DNA of 46,543 bases, from the IMG/VR virus record IMGVR_UViG_3300009702_000003, positions 1 through 46,543 of that record; one strand, given 5' to 3'. The notes under the pieces were generated by a model that did not search any database, was not told the origin of the DNA, and was given only the letters and a program-made list of their open reading frames with translations. The position numbers were made by a program, and so were the translations under genes. The DNA is from a virus. Positions 1-7,206 of this stretch are shown here, one piece after another; within the stretch, counting starts at the first letter, position 1; the number at the start of each line of letters is the position of its first letter.

Positions 1-123
1 AGGACTAAACCGTGCTACTGCACTTTCTTTTGACTTCTTTTCCAGCCAACTTCAGCTATATCTGTCATGCTACGCATGACTAAACTGCTGGAAAGTCTGT
101 CCCTTGACAGCTACTAAAAAAGG
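1..123. repeat. Terminal direct repeat, left copy
   Basis: Nt 1..123 (AGGACTAAACCGTGCTACTG...CTACTAAAAAAGG) recur base-for-base as nt 46421..46543. This indicates a complete genome, either with a true DTR or as a circular-assembly overlap. Confidence 0.9.
38..95 (+). repeat. Nested inverted repeats inside the terminal repeat
   Basis: TTTCCAGC (39..46) pairs with GCTGGAAA (87..94) and encloses a perfect GTCATGC-TAC-GCATGAC hairpin (64..80). The same element is present at 46458..46515. Confidence 0.6.
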
Positions 124-137
124 CAGTGAGGTCGGGG

Positions 138-302
138 ATGCGACACACAGAAAACCAGAAAGCACGGAGGCACGGAACACCGCCAAGACACGCCCGGCAG
201 GCCACCAACAGGACCGCTCAAGCGCTGGAACTCAAACGCCAGTGTGTGCAGATCAAGAAGCACAGTCTGAACAACGTCAGTCGCCAACAGGCGCAGCCGT
301 AA
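138..302 (+). CDS. Candidate small Arg/Lys/Gln-rich ORF (54 aa), below the ORF-track cutoff
   Basis: ATG at 138 is preceded by GAGG 6 nt upstream, and the TAA stop is at 300..302. Translation: MRHTENQKARRHGTPPRHARQATNRTAQALELKRQCVQIKKHSLNNVSRQQAQP. Composition is low-complexity, so coding status is uncertain. Confidence 0.25.
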   Translation: MRHTENQKARRHGTPPRHARQATNRTAQALELKRQCVQIKKHSLNNVSRQQAQP

Positions 303-345
303 CAACACGAGAAACCTTGCAAACACACCCAAGGAGATACAGCAC

Positions 346-861
346 ATGATCATTACAGGAATCGGACACAGCGTGAATTTACTCCCGGGTAGTTTCTACG
401 TCCGGGAAGACATGAGACGAATAAAGCACCTCTGCCAGATCCTTAACGGACTCAAGCCGAGCTTGATCCGCACAGACGCCAGTCTGGGTTTTGGCCACAA
501 CCTACTCGAAGCAGCAATCAGCCTAGACATACCCTATGAACTGTACGTACCCCCAGCACTGCCAGATAGCAGACCCGCCAACCATTGGTCAAACCTTAGA
601 GAATGCTTCATCGACTCACTCAAAGACCAAGCAACCTCAATCGTTGAAGCCCCAACACTCAACAAAGACGCCACACCAAGAGACGTCAGAGAGGCAATCC
701 ACAAGCAGAATGAGACAATGGTCTGCGGCGCAGACCTGCTAGTCACCCTCTGGAACATCAAAAACCGCTTGTGGTCCCGAACAGGCGATGCAATAGAGCA
801 CGCCAAAAGTCTGGGTATCCCCTGGGTCAACCTCTGGGATACGCTCTACGCAGTAATCTAG
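346..861 (+). CDS. SLOG-superfamily protein, YpsA/DUF1273-like
   Basis: AAGGAG lies 8 nt upstream of the ATG. The blocks MIITGIGH, TDASLGFGHNLLEAAISL, P..ANHW and QNETMVCGADLLVTLW...GDAIEHAKSLGIPWVNLWD occur in the same order as the DUF1273/YpsA pattern (ITG..., G.LG.D.WAAE, PF..W, RN.fmv..aD.ll.vyd...G). Confidence 0.6.
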   Translation: MIITGIGHSVNLLPGSFYVREDMRRIKHLCQILNGLKPSLIRTDASLGFGHNLLEAAISLDIPYELYVPPALPDSRPANHWSNLRECFIDSLKDQATSIVEAPTLNKDATPRDVREAIHKQNETMVCGADLLVTLWNIKNRLWSRTGDAIEHAKSLGIPWVNLWDTLYAVI

Positions 862-935
862 CGCAACACAGCCAAAGCGTGGTCCGTCGCGATATGTTGG
901 ACGACGGACCACGCACCTACATCGGAGTACAACCA

Positions 936-1223
936 ATGCCCAAGCAAAGCAAGCGAGGCAAGAGCAGCGACACCAGGCCGGCCCGCAAACGCTATTGGCA
1001 TCAGCAGCACCTTGTACGGAACAAGGTCCGCGCCATGATGAGACAGCGTGTATACGTCCGCCTCAGTGACGGATCCATCCAACTCGGCATTATCCCGCCA
1101 ACGAGTGAAGACGACCTCAACACATACTACAAGCCAGTTACCGAAGCGAGGTACAAGACAATCCAAGAGGCGCGGAAGGCTTGGCTCGCAGCCCGCAAGC
1201 GCAACCGTGACCAGATCGCCTAG
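936..1223 (+). CDS. Hypothetical basic protein (95 aa)
   Basis: GGAG lies 8-9 nt upstream of the ATG at 936, and there is an in-frame alternative ATG at 894. The N-terminus is very basic (KQSKRGKSSDTRPARKRYWHQQH). No family recognised. Confidence 0.55.
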   Translation: MPKQSKRGKSSDTRPARKRYWHQQHLVRNKVRAMMRQRVYVRLSDGSIQLGIIPPTSEDDLNTYYKPVTEARYKTIQEARKAWLAARKRNRDQIA

Positions 1224-1227
1224 CACA

Positions 1228-1689
1228 ATGACAGACGACATACTGCTAGCATACGAAGAGCTAGCAACCGAGCACAGCATCGCCAGAGTGGACCCGAGCG
1301 ATTACGCCCGAATGTCAACTGCCATTATCTGCCCAGACTGCTACAAGGAGTTACAGCCCGAGCCAGACCGCGAGAATGAATGGTCCTGTCCCTGTGGTGC
1401 TACCACATGGACACCAGAGTACCTCGTGATCCTCAGTGAGCACTACGCAACACACTACACCAGGACCAGCCAGGACACACGCACACGCCCGCCATACGAC
1501 GGGTACACCTATGGCACAGATCCAACACTCGACCCACCAACCAGGGAGACATGGCCCAACGCAGCAGCAGTCACACTAACGTCCCATGAGTCTATGCTTT
1601 GCCTCTTTCACTTGAGTGTAGAGCAGCCTCAAACACTGTCCTGGTACGACCAGACAGCACGACAACTACTCAGCAACATTCTCGGGTAA
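1228..1689 (+). CDS. Hypothetical zinc-ribbon-like protein
   Basis: The ATG lies 4 nt after the previous stop. There is a Cys4 arrangement, ICPDCYKEL...EWSCPCGAT. The upstream part of ORF 1048..1689 overlaps the previous gene. Confidence 0.6.
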   Translation: MTDDILLAYEELATEHSIARVDPSDYARMSTAIICPDCYKELQPEPDRENEWSCPCGATTWTPEYLVILSEHYATHYTRTSQDTRTRPPYDGYTYGTDPTLDPPTRETWPNAAAVTLTSHESMLCLFHLSVEQPQTLSWYDQTARQLLSNILG

Positions 1690-1707
1690 CACAAGGAGAC
1701 GCAGACA

Positions 1708-2181
1708 ATGGCAAAGAAGAACACGACGCCCAAGCTGGAGATGCCTCCCGCCGACACAAACTTGGTCATCATGGTAGGCCAAGTCAGCAAAACCGGAATC
1801 AAGGTACGCAACACAAGCTCCGGAGACCGCAAGGTTGCAAGCTTCAGCGTATACACTCGAAGCCATGGCCGGCAGGCGCTAAGCCCATTCGGGGCTTGCG
1901 TGTCACCGTCCGATGCCTTCGAAACCATCAAGAAGCACGGGCTCAAGGAAGGAGACAAGGTCCTAGTAATTGGCAGCTTGCGAACTCGTAGGGTCGGGCA
2001 GCCCGGAGCGTACAAGTACTACGACAACTTGTACATCAATCTCGTCCTGCCCCTGTCCACGCCGGCGGCCACGATGCAGGCTTGGGCCGAGTACAACCAG
2101 AGCGACGTAACCGACATGGCAACCGACGTATTCAGCGTCAGTCGCCTCGTAACCTCACTCATCAACAACGAAGCCAGCTAG
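1708..2181 (+). CDS. SSB-like OB-fold protein (putative ssDNA-binding)
   Basis: AAGGAG is upstream. The pattern NLVIMVGQVSK...GDRKVASFSV...LKEGDKVLVIGSLRTRR matches the SSB OB-fold strand pattern. There is no acidic C-terminal tip. Confidence 0.5.
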   Translation: MAKKNTTPKLEMPPADTNLVIMVGQVSKTGIKVRNTSSGDRKVASFSVYTRSHGRQALSPFGACVSPSDAFETIKKHGLKEGDKVLVIGSLRTRRVGQPGAYKYYDNLYINLVLPLSTPAATMQAWAEYNQSDVTDMATDVFSVSRLVTSLINNEAS

Positions 2182-2198
2182 CTCCGGCTCAGGAAATA

Positions 2199-2243
2199 GG
2201 CCCGTGCTCAGCCAGAAAGACCGGTTGGGCACGGGCCTTTTTC
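2199..2243 (+). terminator. Rho-independent terminator ending the first (G+C-rich) operon
   Basis: GGCCCGTGC (2199..2207) pairs with GCACGGGCC (2229..2237) and is followed by TTTTTCT. It starts 18 nt after the stop at 2181. Confidence 0.75.
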
Positions 2244-2282
2244 TATGCACGCCCACTTTGTATTGCAAAGTAAAAAAATTTT

Positions 2283-2326
2283 CCAGGCTGGCGCCTGGAC
2301 TTTCTTTGACAGGCTTCGCCTGACAG
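2283..2326 (+). promoter_or_regulatory. Two CAGGC..GCCTG hairpins/palindromes in the leader of the second operon
   Basis: The elements are CCAGGC-TGGC-GCCTGG (2283..2298) and TGACAGGC-TTC-GCCTGACAG (2307..2326). The second is a shorter relative of the 22-nt units at 46233..46289. Confidence 0.55.
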
Positions 2327-2333
2327 TGTTTCT

Positions 2334-2362
2334 TTTACATGGAACTATCTTGCTGCTAACAA
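2334..2362 (+). promoter_or_regulatory. Weak sigma70-like promoter candidate
   Basis: TTTACA-N17-TAACAA with TGC immediately before the -10, the same spacer ending as the stronger promoters in this genome. The -10 is poor because it lacks the final T. Confidence 0.25.
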
Positions 2363-2552
2363 CCTTTTGTAGTGGGGCAGGACAGAAAGGACAAGAGAAG
2401 TGCTTTCGAGACCTGTAGCTAGGGTAGGCAGAAGGGGCAGCACAGCAGCTTTCAGGGCCTATAACTACCCGACAGCAGAAACAATACTGCGATCGAACAG
2501 CTTCTAGAGTCCGGATGAGCCCTGCCCGGGGAAGTACAAGGATGGTGTCCAA

Positions 2553-3131
2553 ATGCTGAAACAACTCTTCTTTCTAGTAGTTACTGTACTAGGCATTCTA
2601 CTTACAATGACCTTAGTACAAAACCAACACTATGTCCAAGCATCACTAATGTACATAGGAACGCTTCTAGTACTTTTCCTCACAGCCATATCCTTGACAG
2701 ACAACAGGAAAGGACAAAACTTCATTGCAAAAAGACTCCTCAGATACAAAAATAGATACAAAAAATGGAGACTAACCTACATGAAAATATTAGTTTGTGG
2801 CGGAAGAAACTTCATGGACATAACTCTTATGAATAAAGTGCTTAGAGAATACCCAATTGGCACAATTATTGAAGGTGGTGCTAAAGGTGCTGACACCTTA
2901 GCCTACCTCTGGGGTAATAAACATGATGTAGAAGTCATAACTTATCCACCAGAATGGAACAAATATGGTAAAGCAGCCGGTCCTATCAGAAACCAGACCA
3001 TGCTGGACCAAGAATCACCAGATTTGGTAATTGCCTTTCCTGGCGGAAGGGGCACAGAAGACATGATAGCAAGAGCCAAGAAAGCAAATATTCCAACACG
3101 AGTTGTTAAACTCGAAGAGAAGGAAGACTAA
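2553..3131 (+). CDS. DUF2493 (SLOG-superfamily) protein with N-terminal two-TM extension
   Basis: The C-terminal 117 aa (MKILVCGGRNF...IIEGGAKGADTLA...WNKYGKAAGPIRNQTML...DLVIAFPGGRGTEDMIARAKKANIP) match the DUF2493 signature closely. The in-frame N-terminal 76 aa contain two hydrophobic helices followed by a basic stretch. An internal start at 2781 (GGAG upstream) is also possible. Confidence 0.85.
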   Translation: MLKQLFFLVVTVLGILLTMTLVQNQHYVQASLMYIGTLLVLFLTAISLTDNRKGQNFIAKRLLRYKNRYKKWRLTYMKILVCGGRNFMDITLMNKVLREYPIGTIIEGGAKGADTLAYLWGNKHDVEVITYPPEWNKYGKAAGPIRNQTMLDQESPDLVIAFPGGRGTEDMIARAKKANIPTRVVKLEEKED

Positions 3132-3535
3132 TGCAAAAGCAGAGAGGGAATGAAATCAGCTTAAGTACATTTCTCAGGCTACTAGAAAGAGTAAAAGATA
3201 GCTACACCTGGGAGGACGAGGATGGTGCCATTCGAGGCAGACGAGGCACTACAGTAGTATGCCCAATCACCGCTGTAGCAAACAGTGTTACAGACAGACA
3301 CTTCAGTCTAGTCTACACTATGGATGCAGCCCTTTCACTTTCCCCAAACAGTAGAGAGGGAATCAAAGATCTACATGATCTAGTTGCTGCATCCGACCCA
3401 GAACATGAGGTTCTGGATACAAACAGTTCTGGAATCAGATGGGAGGTCAAGAAAAGAACCAAAGCACAAAAGATTATAAGAGAACTTCTACTAAAAACAC
3501 TAGGCTTACAGCTAGTGAGAAAGGAAATGCAATAA
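3131..3535 (+). CDS. Hypothetical protein (134 aa)
   Basis: TAATG overlap with the upstream gene. Clean ORF in the operon frame pattern. No family recognised. Confidence 0.7.
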   Translation: MQKQRGNEISLSTFLRLLERVKDSYTWEDEDGAIRGRRGTTVVCPITAVANSVTDRHFSLVYTMDAALSLSPNSREGIKDLHDLVAASDPEHEVLDTNSSGIRWEVKKRTKAQKIIRELLLKTLGLQLVRKEMQ

Positions 3536-3888
3536 TGAGCACCACAAATACAAAAGAATCCCTGCAACACTGGATCAGAGTAGTACAAGAACTCAACAGA
3601 AACCTAGACAGAATTGAAAAGAGTTGCACCAAGATCCTAAATAACAAACCAGATGATCCAGAAATCAACCTACTAGTTTACTACATCAAAAGTCTGGGAA
3701 GATCAGCAGTAATTGGAGACATCACAGCTGCATGTGCACTCCACCAACTCAGTACAGAACAAGAAGACACATACGGCTCAGAGCACACCTTTGTACCCAC
3801 TGAACTGAAAGACATTATGGAGTACCTGGAAGAAGAATACAAGGATCTGGACACTATTAATACTATACTTAACGAATTTGGAGACTAA
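3535..3888 (+). CDS. Hypothetical acidic protein (117 aa)
   Basis: The ATG at 3535 shares its A with the upstream TAA. The upstream part of ORF 3439..3888 overlaps the previous gene. Confidence 0.65.
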   Translation: MSTTNTKESLQHWIRVVQELNRNLDRIEKSCTKILNNKPDDPEINLLVYYIKSLGRSAVIGDITAACALHQLSTEQEDTYGSEHTFVPTELKDIMEYLEEEYKDLDTINTILNEFGD

Positions 3889-3898
3889 GTAAACAAAC

Positions 3899-4378
3899 AT
3901 GTCCAAAGAAGACAAGGACCTGGAAAGCAAGAACCCATTCCTTAAAAAAGAGGTTAGCTTAACCGACATCACAGAACTTTATTACCAACATGTAGCCCTA
4001 CCAATAAAGCATCTAGAAGACACTGGGAAACACAAATCTATCATAGGTCAACTTAAAGAAACTCAAGAGATCTACAAGAACTTTGCAGAAGTATTAGGAA
4101 TCCCAGTACCAACTCAAGAATTACAAGATGCATTAGTATTTGACTGGGACCTAAACCAAACAGAAGAGGACCTTCTAAAACTAGAAGTAAAGCAAGGAGT
4201 ATATCTTTTCTTTGTCCTACAAACTCTTTTCAAGGGCATCCTAATGTTTAGTAACAGAGCTATGCAAACTGGTCTTAAACTGTACATCCAGAAGGAGCTA
4301 TTCTCACAAAAGAGAGTAGAACTAAGAAATGGTAAAGAACAAGACATGCCTGAAGAAGAGAAAGAAACAATTCACTAA
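3899..4378 (+). CDS. Hypothetical protein (159 aa)
   Basis: ORF with a short intergenic gap. It has one hydrophobic segment (VYLFFVLQTLFKGILMF). No family recognised. Confidence 0.7.
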   Translation: MSKEDKDLESKNPFLKKEVSLTDITELYYQHVALPIKHLEDTGKHKSIIGQLKETQEIYKNFAEVLGIPVPTQELQDALVFDWDLNQTEEDLLKLEVKQGVYLFFVLQTLFKGILMFSNRAMQTGLKLYIQKELFSQKRVELRNGKEQDMPEEEKETIH

Positions 4379-4393
4379 GACTAGGAACAGACT

Positions 4394-5767
4394 ATGCCTG
4401 TAAAGCTAATACAGCTTAATAAGAAAGAAACAAAAGAGGAGCCAGCAAAGTATACTCTTGACCAATCAAGCACAACTATGGGGTCTTCAAACAGTACAAG
4501 TAAAATAAAGACAGCAAAGAAAATTGAGGCACCAGCATTCAAAGCAAAGTATGATGGACATTGCATAAAAAAGGACTGCAGATTAGGTGGTAAAATAAAA
4601 CCCGGAGATGATATCACTTGGGTTAGAAGAGGACCACACAAGGGTGGGTACTACCATAAGAAATGTGCAGACTTACCTTTTGAAGACAAAGAGGACAACC
4701 AGGAAAAAGAAGAAAAGGAAAAGAAGAATACACAAGCAAAGAAAAAGTCAGCTAAGAAAACACAGCCTAACATAGCTAAAGAAGAAATACAGGAGCTAGT
4801 TCAAGATCAGACTGACCCCTTAAATGAAAAGCTAAAGAACCTTAGTAAGCAACTAGAGTCACTGCAGAATAAGCTAGGCAAGGCTATGCAGGTTACCAGG
4901 ACTCTAGAAATTTCCAACCAAGCTGACAAGCAAGTAAAACAGTTTAAGGAACTGCACCACTTCCAGTTTCCACAACTGCTTAAACTAATCAGCTTGGGAT
5001 TTCAGGTATACATCTGGGGTGGGCCTGGAAGTGGCAAGACTACCGCTGCAATGCAAGTAGCAAAGGTTAGAAAGCAACCCTTTGGCCTACTTAGCCTCAA
5101 CCCTATGTCACCTGCCAGTAAACTAGAGGGGTATGGTACTGCAGATGGGACATACATTCCAAGTATTGCCTACAAGATGTATTCTAGTGAAGGCAAGGGT
5201 GGTCTACTTTGCATAGATGAGTTTGATAATGCAAATGGTGCCTTGCTTACTAGCTTCAATTCAGCCTTAGCAAATGGGGTGGGATCCTGGCCTCTAGGGA
5301 TCATTACAGAACAACATAAAGACTTTGCTCTAGTAACTACAGGAAATACACCTGGCTTTGGGGGAACACCTGCACATCCAGACAGACGCAAGCTAGATAG
5401 TGCTACCAGAGACCGCTTTGTAGTCTTGGACTGGGAATATGACAAGGATCTGGAAAGAGCATTAGCTTTGCAAGAGTGTGAAGAAGCAGAGCCTTGGATT
5501 ACATGGTGCCAGACCACAAGAAAGTGGGCAGAAGAGAATGCACCTAGAGTCATGGTAACTCCAAGATCCTGTATATTCGGAGCAAGGCTACTCAAGAACA
5601 CAGACTTGCCCATGAATGAGATCTATAAACTAACTGTAGCTAGAGGAATCACAGAAGACTACAGAACTAAGACCCTAAAGAACTGTCCATTACCAAAGCT
5701 ACAGGGTCTTGGTAAGCCAACAGAAACAAGAACAGAACTGGTACCTCAAGAAAAGACTAAGCCATGA
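4394..5767 (+). CDS. AAA+ ATPase, AAA_5 (MoxR/CobS-like) with Lys/Glu-rich N-terminal region
   Basis: Walker A is YIWGGPGSGKTTAA and Walker B is GLLCIDEFDNA. The downstream blocks FALVTTGNTP and SATRDRFVVL follow the AAA_5 order. The N-terminal region carries an H-C-x4-C...H-x2-C cluster. Confidence 0.8.
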   Translation: MPVKLIQLNKKETKEEPAKYTLDQSSTTMGSSNSTSKIKTAKKIEAPAFKAKYDGHCIKKDCRLGGKIKPGDDITWVRRGPHKGGYYHKKCADLPFEDKEDNQEKEEKEKKNTQAKKKSAKKTQPNIAKEEIQELVQDQTDPLNEKLKNLSKQLESLQNKLGKAMQVTRTLEISNQADKQVKQFKELHHFQFPQLLKLISLGFQVYIWGGPGSGKTTAAMQVAKVRKQPFGLLSLNPMSPASKLEGYGTADGTYIPSIAYKMYSSEGKGGLLCIDEFDNANGALLTSFNSALANGVGSWPLGIITEQHKDFALVTTGNTPGFGGTPAHPDRRKLDSATRDRFVVLDWEYDKDLERALALQECEEAEPWITWCQTTRKWAEENAPRVMVTPRSCIFGARLLKNTDLPMNEIYKLTVARGITEDYRTKTLKNCPLPKLQGLGKPTETRTELVPQEKTKP

Positions 5768-6732
5768 TCTTAGAAAAAGAACCAGGACACTACAAACAAA
5801 TGTTCCAAACATGGGGAGAATACGTAGAATATGCAAAACAAGCCAAGGCAACGCAATGGGACAAAAGTAACATAATTGAAACAAAGAAACGACATAGTAG
5901 AAGAAAACGTGATGGAAGTACATTTAAACATACTACAGAAGTCTTAGCTATACAAGGGTGGCCAGAAGGAAGCAAGTATGCAGATGTATATGGGTCCTGG
6001 CTGTTTGACAAATGCTCTAGTATCATAGAAAGAGAAGACTACTTCTTTGAAGTAACAGGTGCTGATATAGACATGGCAGCATACACAACAGGCATTCCAG
6101 AGTGTTTCATAGAACAAAGAATGACATGTGTAGAAGAAGAAGGACAGAAGATCTTCCACCTAATCTTTGGAAATGGAGCTACTTCAGGAGTTAGTACCCA
6201 GATGGTAGCAAAAAGAGGAGCAGTTGTAGTAGCATTAATACAGTTACTAGAGTATGCAGGATACAGCATGGTTGTAGATCTCATGTCTAGTACACGTAAC
6301 TTTAAACAAGACAGACAAGACTACTCACAAGGAGACAATAATCCACTCTGGTTACCTAGAGGTACTAAACTACATTCCTCTGATAGGCATCACACAGGCT
6401 GGCACCCACATGTAGAAACCTGGGTTCCATTAAAAAGAGCTGGGGAACCTATAGACACAGACAGACTACTCTTTGCCCTAGCCCACAGAGGTAGCTTTGC
6501 ACAAATAGCCTTTGCAATCTGGGAAGCACTGCCACAATGGCTTGGGAAAGAATGTCGCTTTGGTGTTAATACAAATTGTGGAGCACCAATAAAAGTTAAA
6601 GAATGGTCAACTAGAGGAGACTTAAACTTCCCAGAAGCTACACACTTTGACTCTACCTGGAAGTCAGACGAAGATGCCATTAAATGGATTCTAGACCACT
6701 TAAAGAGAGCAGGACTTAAAGTCCGTGCATAA
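5764..6732 (+). CDS. Partner of the AAA+ ATPase, possibly a vWA-like fold with a degenerate MIDAS
   Basis: An ATGA overlap links it to the AAA+ gene. The segment IFHLIFGNGATSGVSTQMVAKRGAVVVALIQLLEYAGYSMVV resembles vWA beta1-MIDAS loop-alpha1-beta2, but DxSxS is replaced by GNGATS. The fold call is weak. Confidence 0.45.
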   Translation: MILEKEPGHYKQMFQTWGEYVEYAKQAKATQWDKSNIIETKKRHSRRKRDGSTFKHTTEVLAIQGWPEGSKYADVYGSWLFDKCSSIIEREDYFFEVTGADIDMAAYTTGIPECFIEQRMTCVEEEGQKIFHLIFGNGATSGVSTQMVAKRGAVVVALIQLLEYAGYSMVVDLMSSTRNFKQDRQDYSQGDNNPLWLPRGTKLHSSDRHHTGWHPHVETWVPLKRAGEPIDTDRLLFALAHRGSFAQIAFAIWEALPQWLGKECRFGVNTNCGAPIKVKEWSTRGDLNFPEATHFDSTWKSDEDAIKWILDHLKRAGLKVRA

Positions 6733-6795
6733 CCTCGGATAAGTTAGAAAGAAATACTGTAACTATCCGGTATAATCTAAGAAAGGATCTAATAC

Positions 6796-7206
6796 ATGAT
6801 TTCAGAAATTAATGTTCCACAAACCTTGCATGGTATTGCAAGAACACTACACCTGAACAACCCCCTAGTTGCTATGTCAAAGAAGGCTTTGCAGAAGAGG
6901 TCAAAGTACTGGCAACATGTGGCAGAAGAGGTATGTAGACGAGACTTTGACACTACCAAGCTTCTGTACAAAACTAGAAGGAAGTTAAGAGCTGTCAGAA
7001 AGGCACAACGAGACCTGCAGCAAGCATATCTAAGAAATGATAGACTCCTTAGAAAGCTAAGGGGAGACCTAGAAATTGAAAGAATGAGAACCGAGGACTT
7101 AAGAGACAGGCTAGACACTGCAATGGCAGAAGCAGACTACTATGCAGACGCACACCAATATAGATACAAGGACAACGCAGAGAAGGTTACTAATGCCCAA
7201 AATTAA
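6796..7206 (+). CDS. Hypothetical basic coiled-coil protein
   Basis: AAGGA is upstream. The sequence has Arg/Lys-rich heptad-like stretches (RKLRAVRKAQRDLQQAYLRNDRLLRKLRGDLEIERMR). Confidence 0.7.
   Translation: MISEINVPQTLHGIARTLHLNNPLVAMSKKALQKRSKYWQHVAEEVCRRDFDTTKLLYKTRRKLRAVRKAQRDLQQAYLRNDRLLRKLRGDLEIERMRTEDLRDRLDTAMAEADYYADAHQYRYKDNAEKVTNAQN

Noticed and set aside
104-353. ORFs 104..349 (+, TTG start inside the terminal repeat) and 114..353 (-).
   Set aside because: Both translations are low-complexity (Thr/Arg/Gln/Pro-rich or Leu/Cys/Val-rich). Neither has a Shine-Dalgarno sequence, they are mutually antisense, and they lie in the T-depleted leader. Only the shorter ATG ORF at 138..302 has any start-site support, and even that is weak.
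2530-2542. GGAAGTACAAGGA just upstream of the 2553 start, reminiscent of the GGAAGUA...AAGGA core of glutamine-type (glnA / Downstream-peptide) riboswitches.
   Set aside because: I could not find the closing P1 helix or the pseudoknot partners. AAGGA is explained as the Shine-Dalgarno sequence of the 2553 start. An Infernal scan is needed before any claim.
2208-2564. 118-aa ORF on the - strand across the 2244..2552 leader.
   Set aside because: It is Cys/Pro/Ser-rich, runs antisense to the operon direction, starts inside the next gene and spans the 2199..2243 terminator. It is most simply a chance ORF in G+C-rich DNA.
6771-6776. Perfect TATAAT 20 nt upstream of the 6796 start, preceded by an imperfect hairpin (6735..6770).
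   Set aside because: There is no acceptable -35 or TGN element at the right spacing. A single hexamer in AT-rich DNA is not sufficient to call a promoter.
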